Assembly (NCBI GenBank): GCA_016714935.1
Contig: JADKBU010000012.1
Span: 11,304 to 75,303, forward strand
Reading direction: 5' to 3'
Length of the DNA: 64,000 nucleotides
Source of the DNA: Candidatus Accumulibacter propinquus
Lineage (GTDB): Bacteria; Pseudomonadota; Gammaproteobacteria; Burkholderiales; Rhodocyclaceae
Under the pieces are notes generated by a model. That model saw nothing but the letters and a program-made list of their open reading frames with translations. It was not told the DNA's origin and made no database searches. A program made the position numbers and the translations under genes. Shown piece by piece: positions 8,877 to 19,785 of this stretch. Each line of letters opens with the position of its first letter. Positions within the stretch are counted from its first letter, which is position 1.

Positions 8877-10499
8877 CTACGTGCTGCGCCGGTTCAGCCA
8901 GCGCAGCACGGTGGTAAACAACCTCTCCGGGTCAAGGGGCTGCGTGATGATGTCCTGCATTCCCACCGCCAGGCAGCGCGCCTTGTCCTCGGGCGAGACG
9001 CTGGCCGTCATGGCCAGGATCGGCGGCGGTTCCCGTCCTGGAAAGGCAAGAATTGCCAGGGCGGCGTCGACCCCGTTCATCTTCGGCATCTGGATATCCA
9101 TCAGAATCAACGCGTAGTCAGTTTGCCGTGCCATCTCCACGGCCGCCAGGCCATCCCCGGCGAGATCGACGCGGAGCCCGGCGTCCTGCATCAGATCCTT
9201 CGCGATCTCGCGACTGATCGGGTCGTCCTGAACCACCAGGACACGTACTCCGGCGTGGCGGGTGAATAGTTCGAGTTCCGCACAAGGCGCGGAATGTGGG
9301 TCCGCCGCATCAACGACGTGCCTGGCCTTGCCCAGTCGGACGGTGAACCAGAAGACGCTGCCCGCGTCGACCTGGCTGTCGACTCCCATGCTGCCGCCCA
9401 TCGCCTGCACCAGCCGTTTGCTGAGCGCGAGACCCAGTCCGGTTCCACCATAGATGCGGGCGAGGGAAGCGTCGGCCTGTTCGAAGGGCGTGAACAGATG
9501 CGCCTGGTCCGCAGCCGAGATGCCGATGCCCGTATCACGTACCTCGAAACGCAACAGGACGGCGGCGGCGGTCTCATCGGTCGCGGCCACGCTCACCTTG
9601 ACCGAGCCTGCGACCGTGAACTTGATGGCGTTGCTGGTCAGGTGGAACAGGACCTGCCCCAGGCGCAGGGCGTCACCATGCAGCGTTCGCCGGGCAAGTT
9701 CCGGCGCCACTTCGACGCTCAGCAGCAAGCCCTTTTCGGCTGCCTGTCGTGTCATGAGGTGATCGAGCTGCCCCAGGATCCTGCCGACCTCGAAGTCGAC
9801 CGCATCGAGGGTGAGACGCTCGGCTTCGATCCTGGAGATGTCGAGAATGTCGTTGATGATCGCCAGCAGACGCCTTGAGCACAGCACGGCCTTGGTCAAC
9901 TGGTCCTTCTGCCGGGGGTCGGTGGCGCGGCGCAGGGCCAGTTCGCTCATGCCCATCATGCCGGTCAGCGGCGTGCGCAGTTCGTGGTTCATGTTGGCCA
10001 GGAAGCAACTCTTGGCCCTGTTGGCTGCTTCGGCCGCTTCCTTGGCGACCGACAAGGCCAGCGTACGAGCCTGCACGAGTTCTTCGAGGTGATCACGGTG
10101 CAGTTCCACTTCCTTCCGCAGTTGTTCCCGTTCGAGCAGGTTGCGGATGCGCTGGCGGGTGATTTCGACATTGATCGGTTTGGTGATGTAGTCGGCGGCA
10201 CCCAGGGTCAGGCCGGCACTCTCGGTTTCGATCCTGGCAAGTGCGGTAATGAAGATCACGGGGATCGTCCGCAGCGCCGGCGAGGCCATGATCCGTCGGC
10301 AGGTCTCGTAGCCATCCATCTCCGGCATCATCACGTCGAGCAGGATCAGATCGGGTGGCGCCTTCGTGGCCATGGCCAGACCCATCGCTCCCGAGGTGGC
10401 GATCTGCAGATCGAAGTCCGCTTCCAGCGCGGCGCCAAGTGTCAATAGATTCGTCGGTGTGTCATCGATGGCGAGAATCCTGGGTCTTGGCTTGCTCAT
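8877..10499 (-). CDS. Hybrid sensor histidine kinase with REC-HisKA-HATPase-REC architecture and no membrane or sensor domain
   Basis: 540 aa. Domains in order:
- N-terminal receiver (RILAIDDTPTNL...DLILLDVMMPEMDGYE...KP)
- coiled coil
- H-box NMNHELRTPL
- N/G boxes (TSNAIKFT, DTGIGI, GGTGLGLA)
- C-terminal receiver (VLVVQDDPISRE..LILMDIQMPKMNG)
Its ATG overlaps the stop of the upstream kinase (ATGA at 10496-10499). Confidence 0.9.
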   Translation of the reverse strand: MSKPRPRILAIDDTPTNLLTLGAALEADFDLQIATSGAMGLAMATKAPPDLILLDVMMPEMDGYETCRRIMASPALRTIPVIFITALARIETESAGLTLGAADYITKPINVEITRQRIRNLLEREQLRKEVELHRDHLEELVQARTLALSVAKEAAEAANRAKSCFLANMNHELRTPLTGMMGMSELALRRATDPRQKDQLTKAVLCSRRLLAIINDILDISRIEAERLTLDAVDFEVGRILGQLDHLMTRQAAEKGLLLSVEVAPELARRTLHGDALRLGQVLFHLTSNAIKFTVAGSVKVSVAATDETAAAVLLRFEVRDTGIGISAADQAHLFTPFEQADASLARIYGGTGLGLALSKRLVQAMGGSMGVDSQVDAGSVFWFTVRLGKARHVVDAADPHSAPCAELELFTRHAGVRVLVVQDDPISREIAKDLMQDAGLRVDLAGDGLAAVEMARQTDYALILMDIQMPKMNGVDAALAILAFPGREPPPILAMTASVSPEDKARCLAVGMQDIITQPLDPERLFTTVLRWLNRRST

Positions 10500-13400
10500 G
10501 TCTTGTTCCTCCAGCCTTGGGCAGCGGCAACCCTGCGCAGCTCACCGAGCGCCAGGTCGAAACGGACTTCAGCCAGCAAGCGTCCGGTTTCTGTGAGTTC
10601 GGCAGCGAGTTCAGTCCCCGCGACCGCTTCCTGCAAGCTTCTGAAGCAGCCGACGGCATCGAATTTTCCCTCGACCAGCAAGACTTCGAGCTCGCCGAGC
10701 AGGGCCGCGATCCGCAGTGGATCAACGGCCCTGGGCGCCGGAATCTGTGAAGCCGTGGCGGCCGAAGGCAGATATTTGCCCAAGGTCGCCGCCAGCGTAT
10801 CGACCACCAGCGGTTTGCAGAGAAAATCGTCCATATCGGCCGTCAGGCAGCGCTGACGATTTTCGTCCTTGACATCGGCCGTCAAGGCGATGATCGGATG
10901 CCGCGGTTGCGCATTCTCGACCTCCCAGCGCCGAATCCGCACGGCAGCATCATAACCGTCCATCACCGGCATGTGCAGGTCCATCAGAACCAGATCCGCA
11001 GCCTCGCCGCGCAGGCAGGCATCCACCGCCTGTTGCCCGTTTTCGGCCATGACCACGCTCAAGCCGAGCGTGTTGAGCATGGCTTCAATGACCTTGCGGC
11101 TGCTGCGACTGTCGTCCACCACCAGCACCCGCCCGAGCATTTGCGTGGGTCTTGCCGCCGGCGGGGAGGGCTCGTACCGCACCTCCACAGGGCCATCCCC
11201 GCCCGCAGCCGGCAGTCTCGCACGCAGGCGAAACCAGAAGCGCGAACCACGCCCCACTTCGCTCTCGACTCCGACCTCACCATGCATTTGCTTCGCCAGG
11301 CTGCTCACGATCGAGAGGCCGAGTCCGGTGCCGCCGTATTGCCGGGTCGTCGAGGTATCGGCCTGTGCAAATGGCAGGAACAGGTCCTGCTGCTTGTCTT
11401 GCGGAATACCGATGCCGGTGTCGGAAACCGAGAATTCGAGCACCGCGGTCGTTGCATCGCGCTCCAGCTCGCGCGCCGCGAGCTGGATCCGGCCCTGCTC
11501 GGTGAACTTGACGGCGTTGCCGAGCAGGTTGGCGAGCATCTGGCGCAGGCGATAGGGGTCGCCCAGGTAGCGTTGTGCGGCCGGGCCGCTCCATTCGGAT
11601 GCGAAACGCAGACCTTTCTGGTGGATGGCTTCCGAAAACAGCATCTGCGTATCATCGAGGATCTCGCGGGGCCGCAGGGCGACGGACTCGAGTTCGATGC
11701 TGCCGGCTTCGATCTTAGAGGTGTCCAGGATGTCATTGAGCAGGGCCAGTAGCGCCTGCCCCGAATTCAGGACAGTGCGCGCGTAATCCTGCCGCCGGCG
11801 CTCGTCCAGGCCGGGCACCTGCAGCATCTGTGCCATGCCGAGGATGGCATGCATCGGTGTCCGGATCTCGTGGCTCATCGTCGCCAGGAAACGGCTCTTG
11901 GCAACACTGGCAGCCTCCGCCTGCAGTCGCGCCGCTTCGAGCATGGCCTCGTTCTGTTTTTGTGCCGAGATGTCCTGATGCGTGCCGGACAGCAACAGCG
12001 GCCTGCCGTCCGTCGACCATTGCGACACTTTCCCGCGCACCAGCACCCATACCCAGTGGCCATCCTTGTGATGCACGCGACCCTCGTACTCGTAATACGG
12101 GAGTTCGCCGGCGAGATATCCGTCGAGCAATCTGGCCGATAGCTCGCGGTCGTCCGGATGGATCAGCCTCTCCCAGGTCCTGATCGAGAGAGGCGCCAGT
12201 TCCTGCAGCGTATAGCCCGCCATCTGCGCCAGGAGTTCGTTGGCCACACATTCGCCGGTCTCGACATTCCACTCCCAGGTCCCGGCGCGGGTACCGTCGA
12301 CGATGTTCTGCAGGTGCCAGCGCTGGGCTTCCAACTGGTGCTCCTGTCTTACCCTTTCAGTGATATCAACGAAGCACCACAGCGAATCGCCGGCGTGCGA
12401 CTCCAGCCGCGCACCGCTGACATCCATCCAGATAGGGACCCCATCCTTGCGGACATACTCGACCTGCGCGCGGAATACACCCCCGGCCTGGAGTACCGGG
12501 TACGCTGCCGCGCCAAAGTCGGCGTAAGCCTGCGCACTCGGGTAGCCGGCTTGCGTGGGGCTCCCGGCAAGCTCGCCCCGCCCGTAGCCGAACATGTCTT
12601 CCAGGGCGCGGTTGGCCCAGACGATCGTTCTGTCGCTTGCCGTCATGATGCCCACCAGGCCATTGTCCAGCAGGGCCTGTTGCTCGATCAGCAGTTGCTG
12701 CATCCGGGATTGCAGGTCCTTGAGCTCGGTGATGTCGAACATTACCGAGCGACTCATCAGGAAGCTGCCGTCGGCGTCCCTGACGGACGTTGCCGAAATG
12801 CTGACCTGCCGGCGCGAGCCATTCCTGGCAACCAGTTCGAATTCCAGGTTATTGACCTGGCCCTCATTCTTCAAGCTCGGGAACATCTGCTCGAACAGTG
12901 TCCGACCGGTGGGCGTGAGGAAATCGGCGGGCGTCATCCTTCCCACCACCTCATCCCGCCGGTATCCCAGCCAGGCCAGTTCCGTGGCATTGATTTGCAG
13001 GTAGATCCCGTCGGGCCCCACGGAGTGATAGCCGCAGGGCGCATGGTCGTAGAGGTCTTCGATCTCGCGCGCCGACGCGAGGAGTTGGGCCTCAAGCCGC
13101 TTGCGTTCGGTAATGTCTCGGGAAAGCACGATAACGCGTTGAACCTGGCCCGCGGCGGCAGCCATCGGTGCGGCTGAAAGCTCGAACCACCTTTCTCCCT
13201 GTGGCAAGGACAGACGGTAGGCGTGACCGGTGGACCGCCCTTGTCCACGGCCACCCGGATCGCGTCGATGCATACCTCAGCCGCATCCGCCGGCAGGACT
13301 GCAAAGAGGGTCTTGCCGACAAACCCGTTGGTCGACGTCTCCATCGGATCGGAGCGTTGCGAGTGATAGCTGTGAATGCGGCCGTCGACGCCGACTTCGA

Positions 13401-16029
13401 ACAACACATCCGGAATGGCATCCAGAGTTGCCTGCAACTGGTTTTTTGTGGACAGTATTTCGGCTTCGGCCAGCCGCCGTTCGGTCACATCCACAAAAGT
13501 GGCAATCACCTGCACGGGCAATCCCTGCTCGTCGGCGAATACCGGCTGGGAATTGATGCTGATCCAGCGCAAACCATGCCCCGGCGCCTTGATGCCCATG
13601 ATCTGATGGCGCAGCGACTTGCCGGTGCGCAGGGTCACCATCCCCGGATGCTCGTCTCCGGGAAACGGTGTGCCGTCTTCGCGGATTGCGCACCACTGCG
13701 GATCGACGGAGGTTTTGCCCAGCAATTGCTCCCGGCCAAGACCCAGCAGCGCTTCGGCCGCCGGATTGGCATCGACGATACGGCCGTCGCGGCATTGCAG
13801 AACCAGGCCTTCGGCCATCGACTGGAAGATGATCCGTAGGCGCTCCTCGCTGGCGCGCAAGGCAAGTTCCGCTGACTTGCGTTGCGAAATGTCCACGAAT
13901 GCACCCAGGGCTTCCCCGTTTTCCAGGCCCAGCCGCCCGGTGCCGATTTCATACCAGCCGAGTGTCCCATCCTTGCGGCGTTGCTGAAGTTCGGTACGGA
14001 GCACTTCGCCACGCGCCAGGATCGGATACACCAACTGGCCGAATGCTTCGTAGGACTCGTCGTTAGGGTAAGCGATGCGCGTCGGCTGTCCGATCAGTTC
14101 CTCGGGCGAGTAGCCCAGCATCCGGGCGAAAGCGGCGTTGGCCCAGACGATCACGCGCGCTTTCACCTTGACGATCCCGACGACCGGGCTGTCCAGAATC
14201 GCCCGCTGTTCACGCAACAGGGTTTCCAGTTGCGCTTCGGTCTGCTTGCGCTCGGTAATGTCGAAGGTAATGCCCATGACCCGCACCGGCTCGCCGGCGC
14301 CATCCCTCTCGACAACCTTGCCGCGGGCCAGTACCCAGACCCAGTGCCCGTTCTTGTGTAGTAGCCGGTGCTCGGACTCGTAGTCCGGCGTTTCCCCTTT
14401 CAGGTGGCGGTCCAGACGCTCTCTGACCAGCGGCAAGTCGTCCGGAAAAACACGCGTTGCCCAGCTTTCGATGCGCCGGGGCAACTCCTCCAGCGTATAT
14501 CCCTGCAATGCGGCCCAGCGCGCGCTGAATCGCAACTCACCACTGGGAACGACCCATTCCCAGGTACCCATGGCCGCCCCGGCCAGCGCCAGTTCGAGGT
14601 GCTGCTCCCGGTCGGCAAGTAGCGTCTCCATTGCCTTGCGCTGGGTGATGTCGTACCACGTTGTCAGGTGCGACCCATCGTGCGGCAAAGCGAGCAGTGA
14701 CATCGTCGTCAAGACCGTTCGTCGCTCACCGCTCTTCGTCGTGACCTGCACTTCCAGTGCTTGCGAAGGCGCAGCATGGCTTCGGAGACCGGCCAGACGG
14801 GCGTACCAGGTGTCCAGGACCGACTGCCGGTATTGAAGGTCGGGACAAGCCCGTACCCACCATTCTGCCAGGCTTGGCAGCTCCCGCTGCTGGTAGCCGA
14901 AAGCCGTGGTGAATGCGGCATTGACGTACGTCACGTTGTGCTGCGCGTCACTGATCACTGTCGGTACCGGCAGGGCTTCGATGATGGATCTAAGGCGCCT
15001 TTCACTTTGCTGCTGTGCATCTTTTAAACGCTGGTCCTCGATATCCCAGGCGCGTTGGCGGCGCAAGGCGTCACGGTAGACGGTAAAGCCGCCGCCGCCC
15101 AGCAGGAGCAACGCGAAACCGGTGCCACTCACCCTTCGCCACCAGGCTGCGCGGATTTCCGACAGCGGCATGGCAATGAACAGCGTCAGCGGATGCGTCG
15201 GCAGGCGGCGAAACGCGGTCAGGAAATCCGGCCCGTCAAGGCTGCTCGGACCTTCCACGTAGCCGCGCTCGGGGAAGCCTTGCTGTCGCAGGTGATGAAT
15301 CAGGGCGCCGGTTCTCGGGACTCCGTAGATCTGATCCAGCGTCAGATTGGCCGGCACCGGGTAACGGCTCAACAGGAAACCACTGTCGCGAATCAGCCCG
15401 ATGGCCGCCGCCCTGGCCGTCAGGGGCGAATCGACCCAGTACGACTGCAGGTGCTCATGCGTCAGGTTGGCACTGACGATGTAGCCGAGCTTGCCCTGGC
15501 GATCCTTGATCGCATGGCGCACGGGGACGATCACCACCTTGTTGATTTTGGCCAGCAACGGCCGGCCGATGCCGAAAAGCTGTCCCTGCGCGACAGCGTC
15601 GACGAAATGGATGAATGAGGCTTCCCCGGCCAGGGTGGCATGCACCGTGCGTGGCGGGTTCCTGGCGGTCAACAGGACTGTGCCATCGGCCTGGATCAGG
15701 GTGACGTTGTACAACTCCGGATACAGGTCGTGGAACTTCCTGACCAGGACATAGGCGCGGTCGAGGTCGATCCGCTCGCCCTCGCTGCTCAAGTCGTCGC
15801 CGAGACCTTTCAGGGCAAGTTCAAGATGCGAGAAGTAGTTGTCGAACGCCCTGGCTTCCATCTCCATGATGGTTGCCATGTCCCGCAGCGCTGCTGCCTT
15901 TTCGTCGGCCCAGTTGTACCATGCGGTTGCCGCTGCGTAGGCGACGAGCAACAAGGTCAGCAGACCGGCGATGCGGTTAAGGTTCTTGATGGAAAGCGGC
16001 GCGTGCATTGCTGGACTCGGTGGTCGCAT
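10496..16029 (-). pseudogene. Giant hybrid sensor kinase (~1844 aa if repaired) split by a 1-nt frameshift. Order: TM, periplasmic Cache-like domain, TM, eight PAS-like segments by eye, HisKA-HATPase, REC, Hpt.
   Basis: The N-terminal piece is ORF 12934-16029 (MRPPSPAMHAPLSIKNLNRIAGLLTLLLVAY...CIDAIRVAVDKG). The C-terminal piece is ORF 10496-13273 (..RSTGHAYRLSLPQGERWFELSAAPM...SHEIRTPMHAILG...DTGIGI..GGTGLGLSI...VLVVDDSRSSRK..LVLMDLHMPVMDG...Hpt-like tail). The frames switch at GACAAGGGCGGTCC near 13235-13250. The 5534-nt span is not a multiple of 3. Confidence 0.8.
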
Positions 16030-16374
16030 GCGGAAGAAGGCGATCGATCAAGGGCTGGTGCAGCCTCGATTGCGGCTCGTGGCTGATGGTACGCGCGGAT
16101 GGGGGTTTGCACAAACGGCACGCTGGCCGTACGGCAACTCCCCCAGGGTGCTCACGGCCTGACAGGCCGCCAGGCATGGGTTGCATCTGCCTGCAGATCG
16201 CGGAAAATGCGTCTGTCGCCGCCGGCATCACTCGGCAGGCTCCCTTTTTTTGAGGTGGCAGATCCTTGCCGGCAAGACGTTCATCCGCTGCGGTCAAAGG
16301 GCAAGCGCTTGCGCCGGCGGCCGGCGGCCGCTCCGTAGAACGCCATGGGCAGCCCGGGAAGGGCATGGAGCGGC

Positions 16375-17283
16375 ATGACGCGAGCCACTGAAATCCTGAT
16401 CAGCGTCATCATCCCGACCTACAACTACGCGCGTTTGTTGCCGCGTGCACTGGATTCGGTGCTCGCGCAGCACACTGACGATATCGAGCTGATCGTCGTC
16501 GATGATGGCTCAGGCGACGATACCGCCGAGGTCCTCGCGCCATACGCTGCCCGCCATCGGCAATTGCGGGTGATCCACCAGAGCAATGCGGGTGCGGCCG
16601 CCGCGCGCAATCATGGGATCCGCGAGGCGCGGGGAGCTTATGCGCTGTTGCTCGACGCTGACGACGAACTCCTGCCGGAGGCCCTGGCCAGTCTGCGTGC
16701 GGCGCTCGCCCGGCAGCCGACGGCCGGAATGGTGCTCGGCGCGCAGATCTCGGTCTATCCGGACGGTCGCGAACGGCTGCGGTTGCCGACGCCGGTGCCC
16801 AGCGCGCCGCCGCTGCAACTGACCCGGCGCTATCTGCTCGAAAAACGCATCTCGATCTCGCATGGTTGTTCGCTGTTCCGCCGCGACCTGCTCCTGCAGC
16901 GGCCGTATCCGGAAAGCCTGCGCGGTGGCGAAGACGTCGCGGTGTTTGCCTATCTGCTGGTCAGCACCCCGGTTGCGGTCACCACCGAGCCGCTGGCGCG
17001 CATCCACAAACACGCGGACAGCCTGCGACACAACCGCGACAACGAGGAGGAGCGCGCTCTGGCGATGGTCTCCGAGGTTTTTTCCGGGTTGCCGGCCGAA
17101 TGCCAGTCGCTGCGAACACGCTATCAGGCACAACGTTACCTGTCGCTGTTTCGCGCCGCGTTGCGGGCTGGCGACCGGCCGACGGCCCGCCGCTATTATG
17201 CTGCCGCCTGGCGCCTGAGCCCGCTGCAGGCCCTGCGTGGACGGCAACTGCACAAGGTCCTGAGCTTGTGGGCCTGGACTTGA
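16375..17283 (+). CDS. Family 2 glycosyltransferase (GT-A)
   Basis: Start at ATG 16375 (MTRATEILISVIIPTYNYARLLPRALDSVLAQHTDDIELIVVDDGSGDDT...LLLDADDELLPEAL). It has the canonical GT2 N-terminal signature with DDGS and DAD motifs. Confidence 0.88.
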   Translation: MTRATEILISVIIPTYNYARLLPRALDSVLAQHTDDIELIVVDDGSGDDTAEVLAPYAARHRQLRVIHQSNAGAAAARNHGIREARGAYALLLDADDELLPEALASLRAALARQPTAGMVLGAQISVYPDGRERLRLPTPVPSAPPLQLTRRYLLEKRISISHGCSLFRRDLLLQRPYPESLRGGEDVAVFAYLLVSTPVAVTTEPLARIHKHADSLRHNRDNEEERALAMVSEVFSGLPAECQSLRTRYQAQRYLSLFRAALRAGDRPTARRYYAAAWRLSPLQALRGRQLHKVLSLWAWT

Positions 17284-17305
17284 AGCGCTGTCTCAACACC
17301 TTCTC

Positions 17306-18768
17306 ATGAGGTTTTCGATGCTCGATATCGCCAAAGCGCGTGCTCATGTTTCGCCGGTACCGCTTGCCTTTGTCGCCAGCCTCGTGCTCTCGCTGATCGC
17401 GGTTGCCGGTACCGTGACCCTCGGCAAGGATGCCGCACACTATCTCGATGTTGCCCGACAGGCTCTCGACCATGGTCCGGCGGTGGCGTTTCAGCTTTTC
17501 AACTGGCCGTGGTTTCCCCTGTTGCTGGCGGCAACGCATGCCTTCCTCGGTGTTCCCCTGGAACTTGCCGCGTACCTGTGGTGCGCGCTGCTGATGGCGG
17601 GAACCTGCGCGCTGATGGTGGCCATCAGCCAGCGCCTGGTGGTTGGCAGCGGCTATTGGGCCTGCCTGGTGGTGTTGTCGATTCCGGCCTGCAACCACCT
17701 GCGCTACGACATCATCCGCGAGTTCGGCTTCTGGTTTTTCTGTACGCTGGCGCTGTGGCTGGCGCTCGACTGGCTGGAACGCGGCGGTTGGCGGCGGGCC
17801 ATCGCGGTGCAGGCGGCGATTGCCGCGGCGGCACTGTTTCGCCTGGAAGCGGTATTCCTGTTCGCGGCGCTGACGCTTTGCCTGCTGCCCGAGTACCGGG
17901 TGCGCCGGACCTGGCTGAAACTGCTGCAGATCAACGCCCTGCCGCTGCTGGGGTTGCTGGCGGTACTGGTCTTGCTGGTGACCGGCCAGGAATTCGCGCA
18001 GCCGCGAGTCCTGCATTTCCTGTCCCTGCTGGATCCGCGAAACTTCGTGGCACGCTTCGAACTGTTGGTCGGGGACTTCGCGCACGCCGCACTGCAAAAG
18101 AATGCCGCCGATGAAGCGCGGCTGATCATCCTCTTTGGCCTGCCGCTTACCCTGCTGAGCAAGTTCCTGATGCTGTGCGGACCGCTGGCCCTGCCGCTGC
18201 TGTACCGCGGCAGCTGGCCGGCGTTCGGCGACTACTGGCGGAAGCTGCGGCCGCTGGCCTGGGCCTGGTTCTTTATTTCGCGATCCTGCTGCTGTTCTTC
18301 ATCCAGGAGCGCTTCGTCAATCCTCGCTACGTAAGCTTCCTGAATTTGCTGGCGGTACCGCTGTTGAGCATCGCGCTGCTGCGCTTTGCCGGGCACTTCC
18401 CACGTCTCGGCAGACTGCTGGTGGCGCTGGCCTTGCTGGTGATGCTGCACAACGTCATCTCGTTTGCCGCGAAGAAGACGCACTACCTGGAGGCGGGTGC
18501 CTGGATATCGCAGCACACGGCGCCGAGCGATCCGATCTATTACGAGGATTCACGTCTCGCCTATTACGCCGGCAGGGGCTATCCATTCATGCCGGTGACC
18601 CGTGCGCAGGCGATGAGCGGTGAAAATTCGCCGACCTATCGCTATTTCGTGATTGTCGCCAAGCCGGATGACCCGGCGGTGCGGCTGTGGCTGGCGCAGC
18701 AGAAGAAACGGATCCTCGGCCAGTTCGCCAATCGCAAGGGCGATGCGGTCCTGGTCGTCGGCGATTGA
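17306..18768 (+). pseudogene. Polytopic membrane protein resembling GT-C glycosyltransferases (ArnT/PMT_2-like), interrupted by a 1-nt frameshift
   Basis: The N-terminal piece is ORF 17306-18334 (..GKDAAHYLDVARQAL..FNWPWFPLLLAATHAFLG.., many hydrophobic helices). The C-terminal piece is ORF 18175-18768 (..LVLYFAILLLFFIQERFVNPRYVSFLNLLAVPLL..., soluble tail). The frames switch near 18230-18275. The 1463-nt span is not a multiple of 3. The start is 23 nt after the GT2 stop. Confidence 0.6.
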
Positions 18769-18789
18769 GTCCTCGCCACCCGCAACCGT

Positions 18790-19779
18790 CTAGCTCGCCT
18801 CGATCTTCGGGTCGCGGCTGAGCAGCTTCTCGACGGCCGCCGCCGCCGGTTCATCCTGATAGAGGATGGCGTCGACGGCATGGGTGATCGGCATGTCGAT
18901 GCCCAGTTGCGTTGCCAGGCGGGCGACCTCGCGCGTCGTGCTGACGCCCTCGGCGACATGTCCGAGGTCACGCAGTATTTGCGGCAAGGTCTTGCCGGCA
19001 CCCAGAGCCAGACCGACGCGGCGATTGCGCGACAGGTCGCCGGTACAGGTGAGGATCAGATCACCCATGCCGGCGAGCCCCATGAAGGTTTGCGGGTGAC
19101 CGCCGAGGGCGACGCCGAAGCGTGCGATCTCCGCGAGGCCGCGGGTAATCAAGGCCGCGCGGGCGTTGAGCCCGAGGCCGAGGCCATCGCAGACGCCGGT
19201 GGCGATGGCCATGATGTTCTTCACGCCGCCGCCGACTTCAACGCCCGGCAGGTCGTCGTTGGCGTAGATGCGAAAATGCGGGCTATGCAGGGCCAGCGCC
19301 GTGCGATGCCCGAAATCGGCGTCGTTGGCTGCCAGTGTCACTGCCGCCGGCAAGCCGCGCGCCACTTCTTCGGCAAAGCTCGGTCCCGACAGGGCGCCAC
19401 ACAGGGCTTGCGGACCCAGTTCTTCGGCGACGACCTGATGCGGCAGCTTGGCCGTTTCGGCCTCCAGGCCCTTGCACACCCAGATCAGCGGTCGCGGCAC
19501 TCCGGCCTCGCGCAGGCGACTGAGCGTCGGGCGCAGACCGGAGATCGGCGTGGCAACGATCAGCAGATCGGCAGCGGCGGCGGCAGCGGCAAAATCGTCG
19601 CCAATCCGCAGGGTCTCCGGGAAGAGGTGAGCCGGCAGCAGGCGGCGGTTTTCGCGATCGGCGGACAGCACGCTTCTGACATCCGCCTTGCGTGCCCACA
19701 GGGTAACGGTGTGGCGGGCGCTGAATGCGATGGCCAGGGCCGTACCCCAGGCACCCGCTCCCAACACGGTGATCTTCAT
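18790..19779 (-). CDS. gpsA: NAD(P)H-dependent glycerol-3-phosphate dehydrogenase
   Basis: 329 aa, [19 protein letters not shown]...[39 protein letters not shown]....SRNR. Full-length GpsA. Confidence 0.95.
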   Translation of the reverse strand: MKITVLGAGAWGTALAIAFSARHTVTLWARKADVRSVLSADRENRRLLPAHLFPETLRIGDDFAAAAAAADLLIVATPISGLRPTLSRLREAGVPRPLIWVCKGLEAETAKLPHQVVAEELGPQALCGALSGPSFAEEVARGLPAAVTLAANDADFGHRTALALHSPHFRIYANDDLPGVEVGGGVKNIMAIATGVCDGLGLGLNARAALITRGLAEIARFGVALGGHPQTFMGLAGMGDLILTCTGDLSRNRRVGLALGAGKTLPQILRDLGHVAEGVSTTREVARLATQLGIDMPITHAVDAILYQDEPAAAAVEKLLSRDPKIEAS

Positions 19780-19785
19780 GGCCGC

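Noticed and set aside
12934-13273. The overlap of the two kinase ORFs (and similarly 8160-8550 and 18175-18334) read as genuine overlapping genes or programmed ribosomal frameshifting.
   Set aside because: In each case a single domain (PAS, Mig-14 or a TM bundle) is cut mid-domain. I see no slippery heptamer (X XXY YYZ) or downstream pseudoknot-like structure at the junctions. A simple +/-1 indel is the parsimonious reading.
16244-16250. A T7 run in the 16030-16374 divergent intergenic region, considered as the tail of an sRNA terminator.
   Set aside because: I could not find a convincing GC stem immediately upstream. The best pairing is 6 bp with a ~40-nt loop.
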